Shown: in pieces, positions 12,451-25,100 of the stretch
Layout: the number at the start of each line of letters is the position of its first letter
Numbering within the stretch: the first letter of the stretch is position 1
NCBI RefSeq assembly: GCF_009914755.1
Contig: NC_060933.1
DNA: 64,000 nucleotides
Direction: 5' to 3' (one strand)
Source: the human T2T-CHM13v2.0 reference genome, Homo sapiens
Program-made: the position numbers and the translations under genes
Notes under the pieces: generated by a model
Database searches by the model: none
Told to the model about the DNA's origin: nothing
Seen by the model: the letters and a program-made list of their open reading frames with translations, nothing else

Positions 12451-14899
12451 GGGTTGATTCCATTCCATTCCATTCCATTCCATTCGATTCCATTCCATTC
12501 CCCTGCACTCGCGTTGATTCCATTCCATTCCATTCCATTCCATTCCATTCCTTTCCATTCCAGTCCTTTCCATTCCATTCCACTCGGGTTGATTCCATTC
12601 TATTAGTTTCCATTCCATTCCATTCCCTTCCATTCCACTCTGGTTGATTCCATTCCTTTCCATTCCACTCGAATACATTCCCTCCTATTCCACTCGGAAC
12701 GATTCCATTCCATTCCATTCCATTCCATTCCATTCCATTTCGTTGCATTCCATTCTATTCCGTATCATTCCATTCCATTCCATTCCATTCCATTCCATTC
12801 CATTCCATTCCACTCGTGTTGATTCCATTCCTTTCCATTCCATTCGGTTTCAAGGCATTCCATTCCATTCCATTCCATTCCACTCCATTCCATTCCATTC
12901 CATTCTATTCCATTGTACTCGGGTTGATTCCATTCCATTGCATTCCATTCCATTCCATTCCATTCCTTTCCATTCCGTTGCATTCCATTCCATTACATTC
13001 GGATTGATTCTATTCAACTCCCTTACTCTCCATTACATTCCATTCCATTCGGGTTGTTCCATTCCATTCCATTCCATTCCATTCCACTCCATTCCATTGC
13101 ACTCGGGTTTATTCCATTCCATTCCATTCCATTCCATTCCATTCCATTCCGGATGATTCCATTCGATTGCATTCCGTTCCATTACATTCCCCTGCACTCG
13201 CGTTGATTCCATTCCATTCCATTCCATTCCATTCCATCCATTCCGTTCCATTCCGTTCCATTCCATTCCATTCCATTCTATTCGGGTTAATTCCATTCCA
13301 TTCCATTCCATTCCATTCCATTCTATTCCATTCCATTGCAATCGAGTTGAATCCATTGCATTTCATTCCATTCCATTCCATTCCATTCCATTCCGGAAGA
13401 TTCCATTCCATTGCATTCCATTCCATTCCATTCCCCTGCACGCGCGTTGATTCCATTCCATTCCATTCCATTCCATTCCATCCATTCTGTTCCGTTCCGT
13501 TCCATTCCATTCTATTCCATTCCATTCCATTCCGTTCCATTCCATTCCATTCCATTCCATTCTATTCGGGTTAATTCCATTCCATTCCATTCGATTGCAA
13601 TCGAGTTGATTCCATTCCATTCCATTCCATTCCATTCCATTCCATTCCTTTCCATTCCATTACGGATGATTCCATTCCATTGCATTCCATTCCATTCCTT
13701 TCCCCTGTACTCGGGTTGATTCCATTCCATTCCATTCCAATCCATGCCATTCCACTCGTGTTGATTCCATTCTTTCCATTCCATTCAATTTGAATCCATT
13801 TCATTGCATTCCATTCCATTGGATTCCATTCGATTGCACTCGGGTTGATTCCATTCCATTGCATTCCATTCCATTCCATTCCATTCCATTGCGTTCCATT
13901 CCATTCCATTACATTCTGATTGATTCTATTCAATTCCCTTACACTCCATTACATTCCATTCCATTCGGGTAGTTTCCATTCCATTCCATTCCATTCCTCT
14001 CCATTCCATTGCACTCGGGTTGATTCCATTCCATTCCATTCCATTCAATTCCATTCCGTTCCATTCCATTCCATTACATTCGGATTGATTCTATTCAACT
14101 CCCTTGCTCTCCATTACATTCCATTCAATTCGGGTTGTTCCATTCCATTCCATTCCATTCCACTCCATTCCATTGCACTCGGGTTTATTCCATTCCATTC
14201 CATTCCATTCCATTCCATTCCATTCCATTCCATTCCATTCCGGAAGTTTCCATTCCATTGCATTCCATTCCATTCCATTCCCCTGCACTCGCGTTGATTC
14301 CATTCCATTCCATTCCATTCCATTCCATTCCTTTCCGTTCCATTCCATTCCATTCCATTCCATTCCAATCCATTCCATTCCGTTCCGTTCCGTTCCATTC
14401 CATTCCATTCTATTCTATTCGGGTTAATTCCATTCCATTCCATTCGATTGCAATCGAGTTGATTCCATTCCATTCTATTCCATTCCATTCCATTCCATTC
14501 CATTCCCATCCATGCCATTCCACTCGTGTTGATTCCATTCTTCCCATTCCATTCAAGTTGAATCCATTCCATTGCATTCCATTCCATTCCATTCCCCTGC
14601 ACTCGCGTTGATTCCATTCCATTCCATTCCATTCCATTCCATTCCATTCCGTACCGTTCCATTCCATTCCATTCCATTCCGTTCCGTTCCATTCCATTCC
14701 ATTCCATTCTATTCGGGTTAATTCCATTCCATTCCATTCGATTGCAATCGAGTTGATTCCTTTCCATTCCACTCCATTCCATTCCATTCCTTTCCATTCC
14801 ATTACGGATGATTCCATTCCATTGCATTCCATTCCATTCCATTCCCCTATACTCGGGTTGATTCCATTCCATTCCATTCCAATCCATGCCATTCCACTC

Positions 14900-16420
14900 G
14901 TGTTGATTCCATTCTTTCCATTCCATTCAAGTTGAATCCATTCCATTGCATTCCATTCCATTCGATTCCATTCGATTGCACTCGGGTTGATTCCATTCCA
15001 TTGCATTCCATTCCATTCCATTCCATTCCATTCCATTCCATTCCATTCCGTTCCATTCCATTTCATTACATTCAGATTGATTCTATTCAATTCCCTTACA
15101 CTCCATTATATTCCAATCCATTCTGGTTGTCTCCATTCCATTCCATTCCATTTCACTCCATTCCATTGCACTCGGGTTGATTCCATTCCATTCCATTCCA
15201 TTGCATTCCATTCCATTCCATTCCGGATGATTCCATTCCATTGCATTCCATTCCATTCCATTCCCCTGCACTCGCGTTGATTCCATTCCATTCGATTCCA
15301 TTCCATTCCGTTCCATTCCATTCCATTCCATTCGGATTGATTCTATTCAATTCCCTTACACTCCATTACATTCCATTCCATTCGTTTAGTTTCCATTCCA
15401 TTCCATTCCATTCCTCTCCATTTCATTGCACTCGGGTTGATTCCATTCCATTCCATTCCATTCCATTACATTACATTACATTACATTACATTACATTACA
15501 TTCCATTGTACTCGGGTTGATTCCATTCAATTGCATTCCATTCCATTCCATTGCATTCCATTCCATTCCATTCCATTCCGTTCCATTCCATTACATTCGG
15601 ATTGATTCTGTTCAAGTCCCTTACTCTCCATTACATTCCATTCCATTCGGGTTGTTCCATTCCATTCCATTCCATTCCACTCCATTCCATTGCGCTCGGG
15701 TTGATTCCATTCCATTCCATTCCATTCCATTCCGGATGATTCCATTCCATTGCATTCCGTTCCATTACATTCCCCTGCACTCGGGTTGATTCCATTCCAT
15801 TCCATTCCATTCCATTCGATTCTATTCCATTCCAATTCTTTCCATTCCATTCTATTCCGTACCATTCCATTCCATTCCATACAATTCCATTCCATTCCAT
15901 TCCACTGCGTTCGGTTCCGTTCCGTTCTGTTCCGTTCCATTCCATTCCATTCCATTCTATTCGGTTTAATTCCATTCCATTCCATTCCATTCCATTCTAT
16001 TCCATTACATTGCAATTGAGTTGAATCCATTGCATTCCATTCCATTCCATTCCATTCCATTCCGGAAGATTCCATTCCATTGCATTCCATTCCATTCCAT
16101 TCCATACCATTCCATTCCATTCCATTCCATTCCATTGTACTCGGGTTGATTCCATTCCACTGCATTGCATTCCATTCCATTCCATTCCATTCCATTCCGT
16201 TCCATTCCATTCCATTACATTCGGATTGATTCTTTTCAACTCCCTTACTCTCCATTACATTCCATTCCATTCGGGTTGTTCCATTCCATTCCATTCCATT
16301 CCACTCCATTCCATTGCACTCGGGTTGATTCCATTCCATTCCATTCCATTCCATTCCATTCCATTCCGGATGATTCCATTCCATTGCATTCCGTTCCATT
16401 ACATTCCCCTGCACTCGGGT
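14900..16420 (+). repeat. Dispersed segment copy 2 (offset ~3.9 kb from 11000-12450)
   Basis: Same ordered rare variants as 11000-12450. Confidence 0.75.
15464..15498 (+). repeat. (CATTA)7 variant-pentamer run
   Basis: Seven consecutive CATTA units, the only long run of this type seen in the window. Confidence 0.92.
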
Positions 16421-17090
16421 TGATTCCATTCCATTCCTTTCCAATCCATGCCATTCCACTCGTGTTGGTTCCATTCTTTCCATTCCATTCAAGTTGAATC
16501 CATTCCATTGCATTCCATTCCATTCCATTCCCCTGCAGTCGGGTTGATTCCATTCCATTCCATTCCATGCCATTCCATTCCATTCCATTCCGTTCCGTTC
16601 CATTCCATTCCATTCTATTCGGGTTAATTCCATTCCATTCCATTCCATTCCATTCCAATCGAGTTGATTCCATTCCATTCCATTCCATTCCATTCCATTC
16701 CACTCCATTCCAGTTCTTTCCATTCCAATCCACTCGGGTTGATTCCAATGTATTCCTTTCCATTCCATTGCATTCCATTGCAATCGAGTTGATTCCATTG
16801 CTTTGCATTCCATTCCATTCCATTCCATTCCATTCCGGAAGATTCCATTCCATTGCATTCCATTCCATTCCATTCCCCTGCACTCGCATTGATTCCATTC
16901 CATTCCATTCCATTCCATTCCATTCCGTTCCGTTCCATTCCATTCCATTCCATTCGATTCCGTTCCGTTCCATTCCATTCCATTCCATTCTATTCGGGTT
17001 AATTCCATTCCATTCCATTCGATTGCAATCGAGTTGATTCCATTCCATTCCATTCCATTCCATTCCATTCCATTCCATTCCATTCCGTTC

Positions 17091-19641
17091 CTTTCCATTC
17101 CATTACGGATGATTCCATTCCATTGCATTGCATTCCATTCCATTCCCCTGTACTCGGGTTGATTCCATTCCATTCCATTCCAATCCATGCCATTCCACTC
17201 GTGTTGATTCCATTCTTTCCATTGCATTCAAGTTGAATCCATTCCATTGCATTCCATTCCATTCGATTCCATTCGATTGCACTTGGGGTGATTCCATTCC
17301 ATTGCATTCCATTCCATTCCATTCCATTCCATTACATTCGGATTGATTCTATTCAATTCCCTAACACTCCATTACATTCCATTCCATTCGGGTAGTTTCC
17401 ATTCCATTCCATCCCATTCCTCTCCATTCCACTGCACTCGGGTTGATTCCATTCCATTGCATTCCATTCCATTCCATTCAATTCCATTCCGTTCCATTCC
17501 ATTCCATTACATTCGGATTGATTCTATTCAACTCCCTTACTCTCCGTTACATTCCATTCCATTCGGGTTGTTCCATTCCATTCCATTCCATTCCACTCCA
17601 TTCCATTGCACTCGGGTTGATTCCATTCCATTCCATTCCATTCCATTCCGGATGATTCCATTCCATTGCATTCCGTTCCATTACATTCCCCTGCACTCGG
17701 GTTGATTCCATTCCATTCCATTATATTCCATTCGATTCCATTCCATTCCATTATATTCCATTCCATTCCTTTCCATTCCAGTCCTTTCCATTCCATTCCA
17801 CTCAGGTTGATTCCATTCTATTAGTTTCCAATCCATTCCATTCCCTTCCATTCCACTCTGGTTGATTCCATTCCTTTCCATTCCACTCGAATACATTCCT
17901 TCCTATTCCACTCGGAACGATTCCATTCCATTCCATTCCATTCCATTCCGTTCCATTCCATTCCACTCGTGTTGATTCCATACCTTTCCATTCCATTCGG
18001 TTTGAAGGCATTCCTTTCCATTCCATTCCATTCCATTCCATTCCATTCCATTCCATTCCTTTCCATTTCATTGTACTCGGGGTGATTCCATTCCATTGCA
18101 TTCCATTCCATTCCATTCCATTCCATTCCGTTGCATTCCATTCCATTACATTCGGATTGATTCTATTCAACTCCCTTACTCTCCATTATATTCCATTCCA
18201 TTACATTCCATTCCATTCCATTCCATTCCTTTCCATTTCATTGTACTCGGGGTGATTCCATTCCATTGCATTCCATTCCATTCCATTCCATTCCATTCCG
18301 CTGCATTCCATTCCATTACATTCGGATTGATTCTATTCAACTCCCTTACTCTCCATTACATTCCATTCCATTCGGGTTGTTCCATTCCATTCCATTCCAT
18401 TCCATTCCACTCCATTCCATTGCACTCGGGTTGATTCCATTCCATTCCATTCCATTCCATTCCATTCCATTCCGGATGATTCCATTCCATTGCATTCCGT
18501 TCCATTACATTCCCCTGCACTCGCGTTGATTCCATTCCATTCCATTCCATTCAATTCCATTCCATTACAATTCGTTCCATTCCATTCTATTCCGTACCAT
18601 TCCATTCCATTCCATGCCATTCCATTCCATTCCATTCCATTCCACTCCATTCCGTTCCATTCCGTTCCATTCCATTCCATTCCATTCCGTTCTATTCGGG
18701 TTAATTCCATTCCATTCCATTCCATTCCATTCCATTCTATTCCATTCCATTGCAATCGAGTAGAATCCATTGCATTTCATTCCATTCCATTCCATTCCAT
18801 TCCATTCCATTCCGGAAGATTCCATTCCATTGCATTCCATTCCATTCCATTCCCCTGCACTCGCGTTGATTCCATTCCATTCCATTCCAATCCATGCCAT
18901 TCCACTCGTGTTGATTCCATTCTTTCCATTCCATTCAAGTTGAATCCATTCCATTGCATTCAATTACATTCGATTCCATTCGATTGCACTCGGGTTGATT
19001 CCATTCCATTCCATTCCATTCCATTCCATTCCATTCCATTCCGTTCCATTCCATTCCATTACATTCGGTTTGATTCTATTCAATTCCCTTACACTCCATT
19101 ACATTCCATTCCATTCGGGTAGTTTCCACTCCATTCCATTCCATTGCTCTCCATTCCATTGCACTCGGGTTGATTCCATTCCATTGCATTCCATTCCATT
19201 CCATTCAATTCCATTCCGTTCCATTCCATTCCATTGCAATCGAGTTGATTCCATTCCATTCCATTCCATTCCGGAAGATTCCATTCCATTACATTCCATT
19301 ACATTCCATTCCCCTGTACTCGCGTTGATTCCATTCCATTCCATTCCATTCCATTCCATTCCATTCCTTTCCATTCCTTTCCGTTCCATTCCATTCCATT
19401 CCATTCCATTCCATTCCATTCCATTCCATGCCATTCCGTTCCGTTCCGCTCCGTTCCATTCCATTCCATTCCATTCCATTCTATTCGGGTTAATTCCATT
19501 CCATTCCATTCGATTGCAATCGATTTGATTCCATTCCATTCCATTCCATTCCATTCCATTCCATTCCATTCCTTTCCATTCCATTACGGATGATTCCATT
19601 CCATTGCATTCCATTCCATTCCATTCCATTCCATTCCATTC
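17091..19641 (+). repeat. Recent tandem duplication, copy 1 of 2551-bp unit
   Basis: More than ten ORF-track entries recur with identical or near-identical translation at exactly +2551 (17343/19894, 17524/20075, 17802/20353, 18333/20884, 18490/21041, 19089/21640). Private markers CCTAACACTCC, CTCTCCGTTAC, GAGTAGAATCC, CATTGCTCTCC and CCGCTCCG are each present in both copies. Confidence 0.95.
18055..18365 (+). repeat. 170-bp-period tandem duplication nested in the 2551-bp unit (also ~20606-20916)
   Basis: TTGTACTCGGGGTG at 18071 and 18241; ORFs 18096/18266 and 20647/20817 are offset by 170. Confidence 0.88.
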
Positions 19642-22190
19642 CTTTCCATTCCATTACGGATGATTCCATTCCATTGCATTCCATTCCATTCCATTCCCCT
19701 GTACTCGGGTTGATTCCATTCCATTCCATTCCAATCCATGCCATTCCACTCGTGTTGATTCCATTCTTTCCATTCCATTCAAGTTGAATCCATTCCATTG
19801 CATTCCATTCCATTCGATTCCATTCGATTGCACTCGGGGTGATTCCATTCCATTGCACTCCATTCCATTCCATTCCATTCCATTACATTCGGATTGATTC
19901 TATTCAATTCCCTAACACTCCATTACATTCCATTCCATTCGGGTAGTTTCCATTCCATTCCATCCCATTCCTCTCCATTCCACTGCACTCGGGTTGATTC
20001 CATTCCATTGCATTCCATTCCATTCCATTCAATTCCATTCCGTTCCATTCCATTCCATTACATTCGGATTGATTCTATTCAACTCCCTTACTCTCCGTTA
20101 CATTCCATTCCATTCGGGTTGTTCCATTCCATTCCATTCCATTCCACTCCATTCCATTGCACTCGGGTTGATTCCATTCCATTCCATTCCATTCCATTCC
20201 GGATGATTCCATTCCATTGCATTCCGTTCCATTACATTCCCCTGCACTCGGGTTGATTCCATTCCATTCCATTATATTCCATTCGATTCCATTCCATTCC
20301 ATTATATTCCATTCCATTCCTTTCCATTCCAGTCCTTTCCATTCCATTCCACTCAGGTTGATTCCATTCTATTAGTTTCCAATCCATTCCATTCCCTTCC
20401 ATTCCACTCTGGTTGATTCCATTCCTTTCCATTCCACTCGAATACATTCCTTCCTATTCCACTCGGAACGATTCCATTCCATTCCATTCCATTCCATTCC
20501 GTTCCATTCCATTCCACTCGTGTTGATTCCATACCTTTCCATTCCATTCGGTTTGAAGGCATTCCTTTCCATTCCATTCCATTCCATTCCATTCCATTCC
20601 ATTCCATTCCTTTCCATTTCATTGTACTCGGGGTGATTCCATTCCATTGCATTCCATTCCATTCCATTCCATTCCATTCCGTTGCATTCCATTCCATTAC
20701 ATTCGGATTGATTCTATTCAACTCCCTTACTCTCCATTATATTCCATTCCATTACATTCCATTCCATTCCATTCCATTCCTTTCCATTTCATTGTACTCG
20801 GGGTGATTCCATTCCATTGCATTCCATTCCATTCCATTCCATTCCATTCCACTGCATTCCATTCCATTACATTCGGATTGATTCTATTCAACTCCCTTAC
20901 TCTCCATTACATTCCATTCCATTCGGGTTGTTCCATTCCATTCCATTCCATTCCATTCCACTCCATTCCATTGCACTCGGGTTGATTCCATTCCATTCCA
21001 TTCCATTCCATTCCATTCCATTCCGGATGATTCCATTCCATTGCATTCCGTTCCATTACATTCCCCTGCACTCGCGTTGATTCCATTCCATTCCATTCCA
21101 TTCAATTCCATTCCATTACAATTCGTTCCATTCCATTCTATTCCGTACCATTCCATTCCATTCCATGCCATTCCATTCCATTCCATTCCATTCCACTCCA
21201 TTCCGTTCCATTCCGTTCCATTCCATTCCATTCCATTCCGTTCTATTCGGGTTAATTCCATTCCATTCCATTCCATTCCATTCCATTCTATTCCATTCCA
21301 TTGCAATCGAGTAGAATCCATTGCATTTCATTCCATTCCATTCCATTCCATTCCATTCCATTCCGGAAGATTCCATTCCATTGCATTCCATTCCATTCCA
21401 TTCCCCTGCACTCGCGTTGATTCCATTCCATTCCATTCCAATCCATGCCATTCCACTCGTGTTGATTCCATTCTTTCCATTCCATTCAAGTTGAATCCAT
21501 TCCATTGCATTCAATTACATTCGATTCCATTCGATTGCACTCGGGTTGATTCCATTCCATTCCATTCCATTCCATTCCATTCCATTCCATTCCGTTCCAT
21601 TCCATTCGATTACATTCGGTTTGATTCTATTCAATTCCCTTACACTCCATTACATTCCATTCCATTCGGGTAGTTTCCACTCCATTCCATTCCATTGCTC
21701 TCCATTCCATTGCACTCGGGTTGATTCCATTCCATTGCATTCCATTCCATTCCATTCAATTCCATTCCGTTCCATTCCATTCCATTGCAATCGAGTTGAT
21801 TCCATTCCATTCCATTCCATTCCGGAAGATTCCATTCCATTACATTCCATTACATTCCATTCCCCTGTACTCGCGTTGATTCCATTCCATTCCATTCCAT
21901 TCCATTCCATTCCATTCCATTCCATTCCTTTCCGTTCCATTCCATTCCATTCCATTCCATTCCATTCCATTCCATGCCATTCCGTTCCGTTCCGCTCCGT
22001 TCCATTCCATTCCATTCCATTCCATTCTATTCGGGTTAATTCCATTCCATTCCATTCGATTGCAATCGATTTGATTCCATTCCATTCCATTCCATTCCAT
22101 TCCATTCCATTCCATTCCATTCCTTTCCATTCCATTACGGATGATTCCATTCCATTGCATTCCATTCCATTCCATTCCCCTGTACTCGGG
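19642..22190 (+). repeat. Recent tandem duplication, copy 2 of 2551-bp unit
   Basis: As for copy 1. Only a handful of substitutions and compensating pentamer indels differ. Confidence 0.95.
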
Positions 22191-25100
22191 TTGATTCCAT
22201 TCCATTCCATTCCAATCCATGCCATTCCACTCGTGTTGATTCCATTCTTTCCATTCCATTCAAGTTGAATCCATTCCATTGCATTCCATTCCATTCGATT
22301 CCATTCGATTGCACTCGGGTTGATTCCATTCCATTGCATTCCATTCCATTCCATTCCATTCCATTCCATTCCATTCTATTTCGTTCCATTCCATTCCATT
22401 ACATTCGGATTGATTCTTTTCAACTCCTTTACTCTCCATTACATTCCATTCCATTCGGGTTGTTCCATTCCATTCCATTCCATTCCACTCCATTCCATTG
22501 CACTCGTGTTGATTCCATTCCATTCCATTCCATTCCATTCCATTCCATTCCATTCCATTCCCCTGCACTCGCGTTGATTCCATTCCATTCCATTCCATTC
22601 CATTCCATTCCATTCCTTTCCGTTCCATTCCATTCCATTCCATTCAATTCCGTTCCGTTCCATTCCATTCCATTCCATTGTATTCGGGTTAATTCCATTC
22701 CATTCCATTCGATTGCAATCGAGTTGATTCCATTCTATTCCATTCCATTCCATTCCATTCCATTCCATTCCATTCCTTTCCATTCCATTCCGGATGATTC
22801 CATTCCATTGCATTCCGTTCCATTACATTCCCCTGCACTCGGGTTCATTCCATTCCATTCCATTCCATTCCATTCCATTCCATTCCATTCCAATTCTTTC
22901 CTTTCCATTCTATTCCGTACCATTCCATTCCATTCCATACCATTCCATTCCATTCCATTCCATTCCATTCCATTCCATTCCATTGCATTCCGTTCCATTT
23001 CGTTCGATTCCATTCCATTCCATTCGGATTCTTTCTATTCAATTCCCTTACACTCCATTACATTACATCCCAATCGGGTAGTTTCCATTCCATTCCATTC
23101 CATTCTTCTCCATTCCATTGCACTCGGGTTGATTCCATTCCATTCCATTCCATTCCATTCCATTGCATTCCGGATGATTCCATTCCATTGCATTCCATTC
23201 CATTCCATTCCCCTCCACTCGGGTTGATTCCATTCCATTCCATTCCATTCCATTACATTCCGTTCCATTCCATTCCATTCCATTCGGATTGATTCTATTC
23301 AATTCCCTTACACTCCATTACATTCCATTCCATTCGGGTAGTTTCCATTCCATTCCATTCCTTTCCTCTCCATTCCATTGCACTCGGGTTGATTCCATTC
23401 CATTCCATTCCATTATATTCCATTCCATTCCATTCCATTCCATTCCATTGTACTCGGGTTGATTCCATTCCATTGCATTCCATTCCATTCCATTCCATTC
23501 CATTCCATACCGTTCCATTCCATTACTTTCGGATTGATCCTATTCAACTCCCTTACTCTCCATTACATTACATTCCATTCGGGTTGTTCCATTCCATTCT
23601 ATTCCATTCCACTCCATTCCATTGCACTCGGGTTGATTCCATTCCATTCCATTCCATTCCATTCCATTCCATTCCGGATGATTCCATTCCATTGCATTCC
23701 GTTCCATTACATTCCCCTGCACTCGGGTTGATTCCATTCCATTCCATTCCATTCCATTCCATTCTATTCCGTACCATTCCATTCCATTCCATACAATTCC
23801 ATTCCATTCCATTCCATTCCATTCCATTCCATTCCGTTCCGTTCCGTTCCGTTCCATTCCATTCCATTCCATTCTATTCGGGTTAATTCCATTCCATTCC
23901 ATTCCATTCCATTCTATTCCATTCCATTGCAATCGAGTTGAATCCATTGCATTCCATTCCATTACATTCCATTCCATTCCATTCCGGAAGATTCCATTCC
24001 ATTGCATTCCATTCCATTCCATTCCCCTGCACTCGCGTTGATTCCATTCCATTCCATTCCATTCCATTCCATTCCATTCCATTCCTTTCCGTTCCATTCC
24101 ATTCCATTCCGTAACGTTCTGTTCCGTTCCGTTCCATTCCATTCCATTCCATTCGATTCCATTCCATTCCAATTCTTTCCATTCCATTCTATTCCGTAAC
24201 ATTCCATTCCATTCCATACAATTCCATTCCATTCCATTCCATTCCATTCCATTCCATTCCGTTCCGTTCCGTTCCGTTCCGTTCCATTCCATTCCATTCC
24301 AATCTATTCGGTTTTATTCCATTCCATTCCATTCCATTCCATTCTATTCCATTCTATTGCAATCGAGTTGAATCCATTGCATTCCATTCCATTCCATTCC
24401 ATTCCATTCCAGAAGAATCCATTCCATTGCATTCCATTCCATTCTATTCCCCTGCACTCGCGTTAATTCCATTCCATTCCATTCCATTCCATTCTATTCC
24501 ATTCCATTCCCTTCCATTCCGTTCCATTCCATTCCATTCCATTCCTTTCCGTTCCGTTCCGTTCTATTCCATTCCATTCTTTTCGGGTTAATTCCATTCC
24601 ATTCCATTCGATTTCAATCGAGTTGATTCCATTCCATTCCATTCCATTCCATTCCTTTCATTTCCATTCCATTACGGATGATTCCATTCCATTGCATTAC
24701 ATTCCATTCCATTCCCCTGTACTCGGGTTGATTCCATTCCATTCCATTCCATTCCATTCCATTCCATTCCATTCCATTCCGGAAGATTCCATTCCATTGC
24801 ATTCCATTCCTTTCCATTCCCCTACACTCGCGTTGATTCCATTCCATTCCATTCCATTCCATTCCATTCCATTCCATTCCATTCCATTCCGATCCGTTCC
24901 ATTCCATTCCATTCCATTCCATTCCATTCCATTCCATTCCGTTCCGTTCCATTCCATTCCATTCCATTCGATTGCAATCGAGTTGATTCCATTACACTCC
25001 ATTCCATTACATTCCATTCCATTCCATTCCATTCCTTTCCATTACATTTCGGATGAATCCATTCCATTTCATTCCATTCCATTCCATTCCCCTGTACTCG

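Noticed and set aside
14240-14251. CCGGAAGT ETS-type / GGAAGTTTCC NF-kB-like motif
   Set aside because: A single substitution variant of the GGAAG cassette in one copy, with no supporting context.
18055-18365. 170-bp period suggesting nucleosome or alpha-satellite-like unit
   Set aside because: Only two copies per unit, and it is one of many 5n-bp local duplication sizes, so the match is coincidental.
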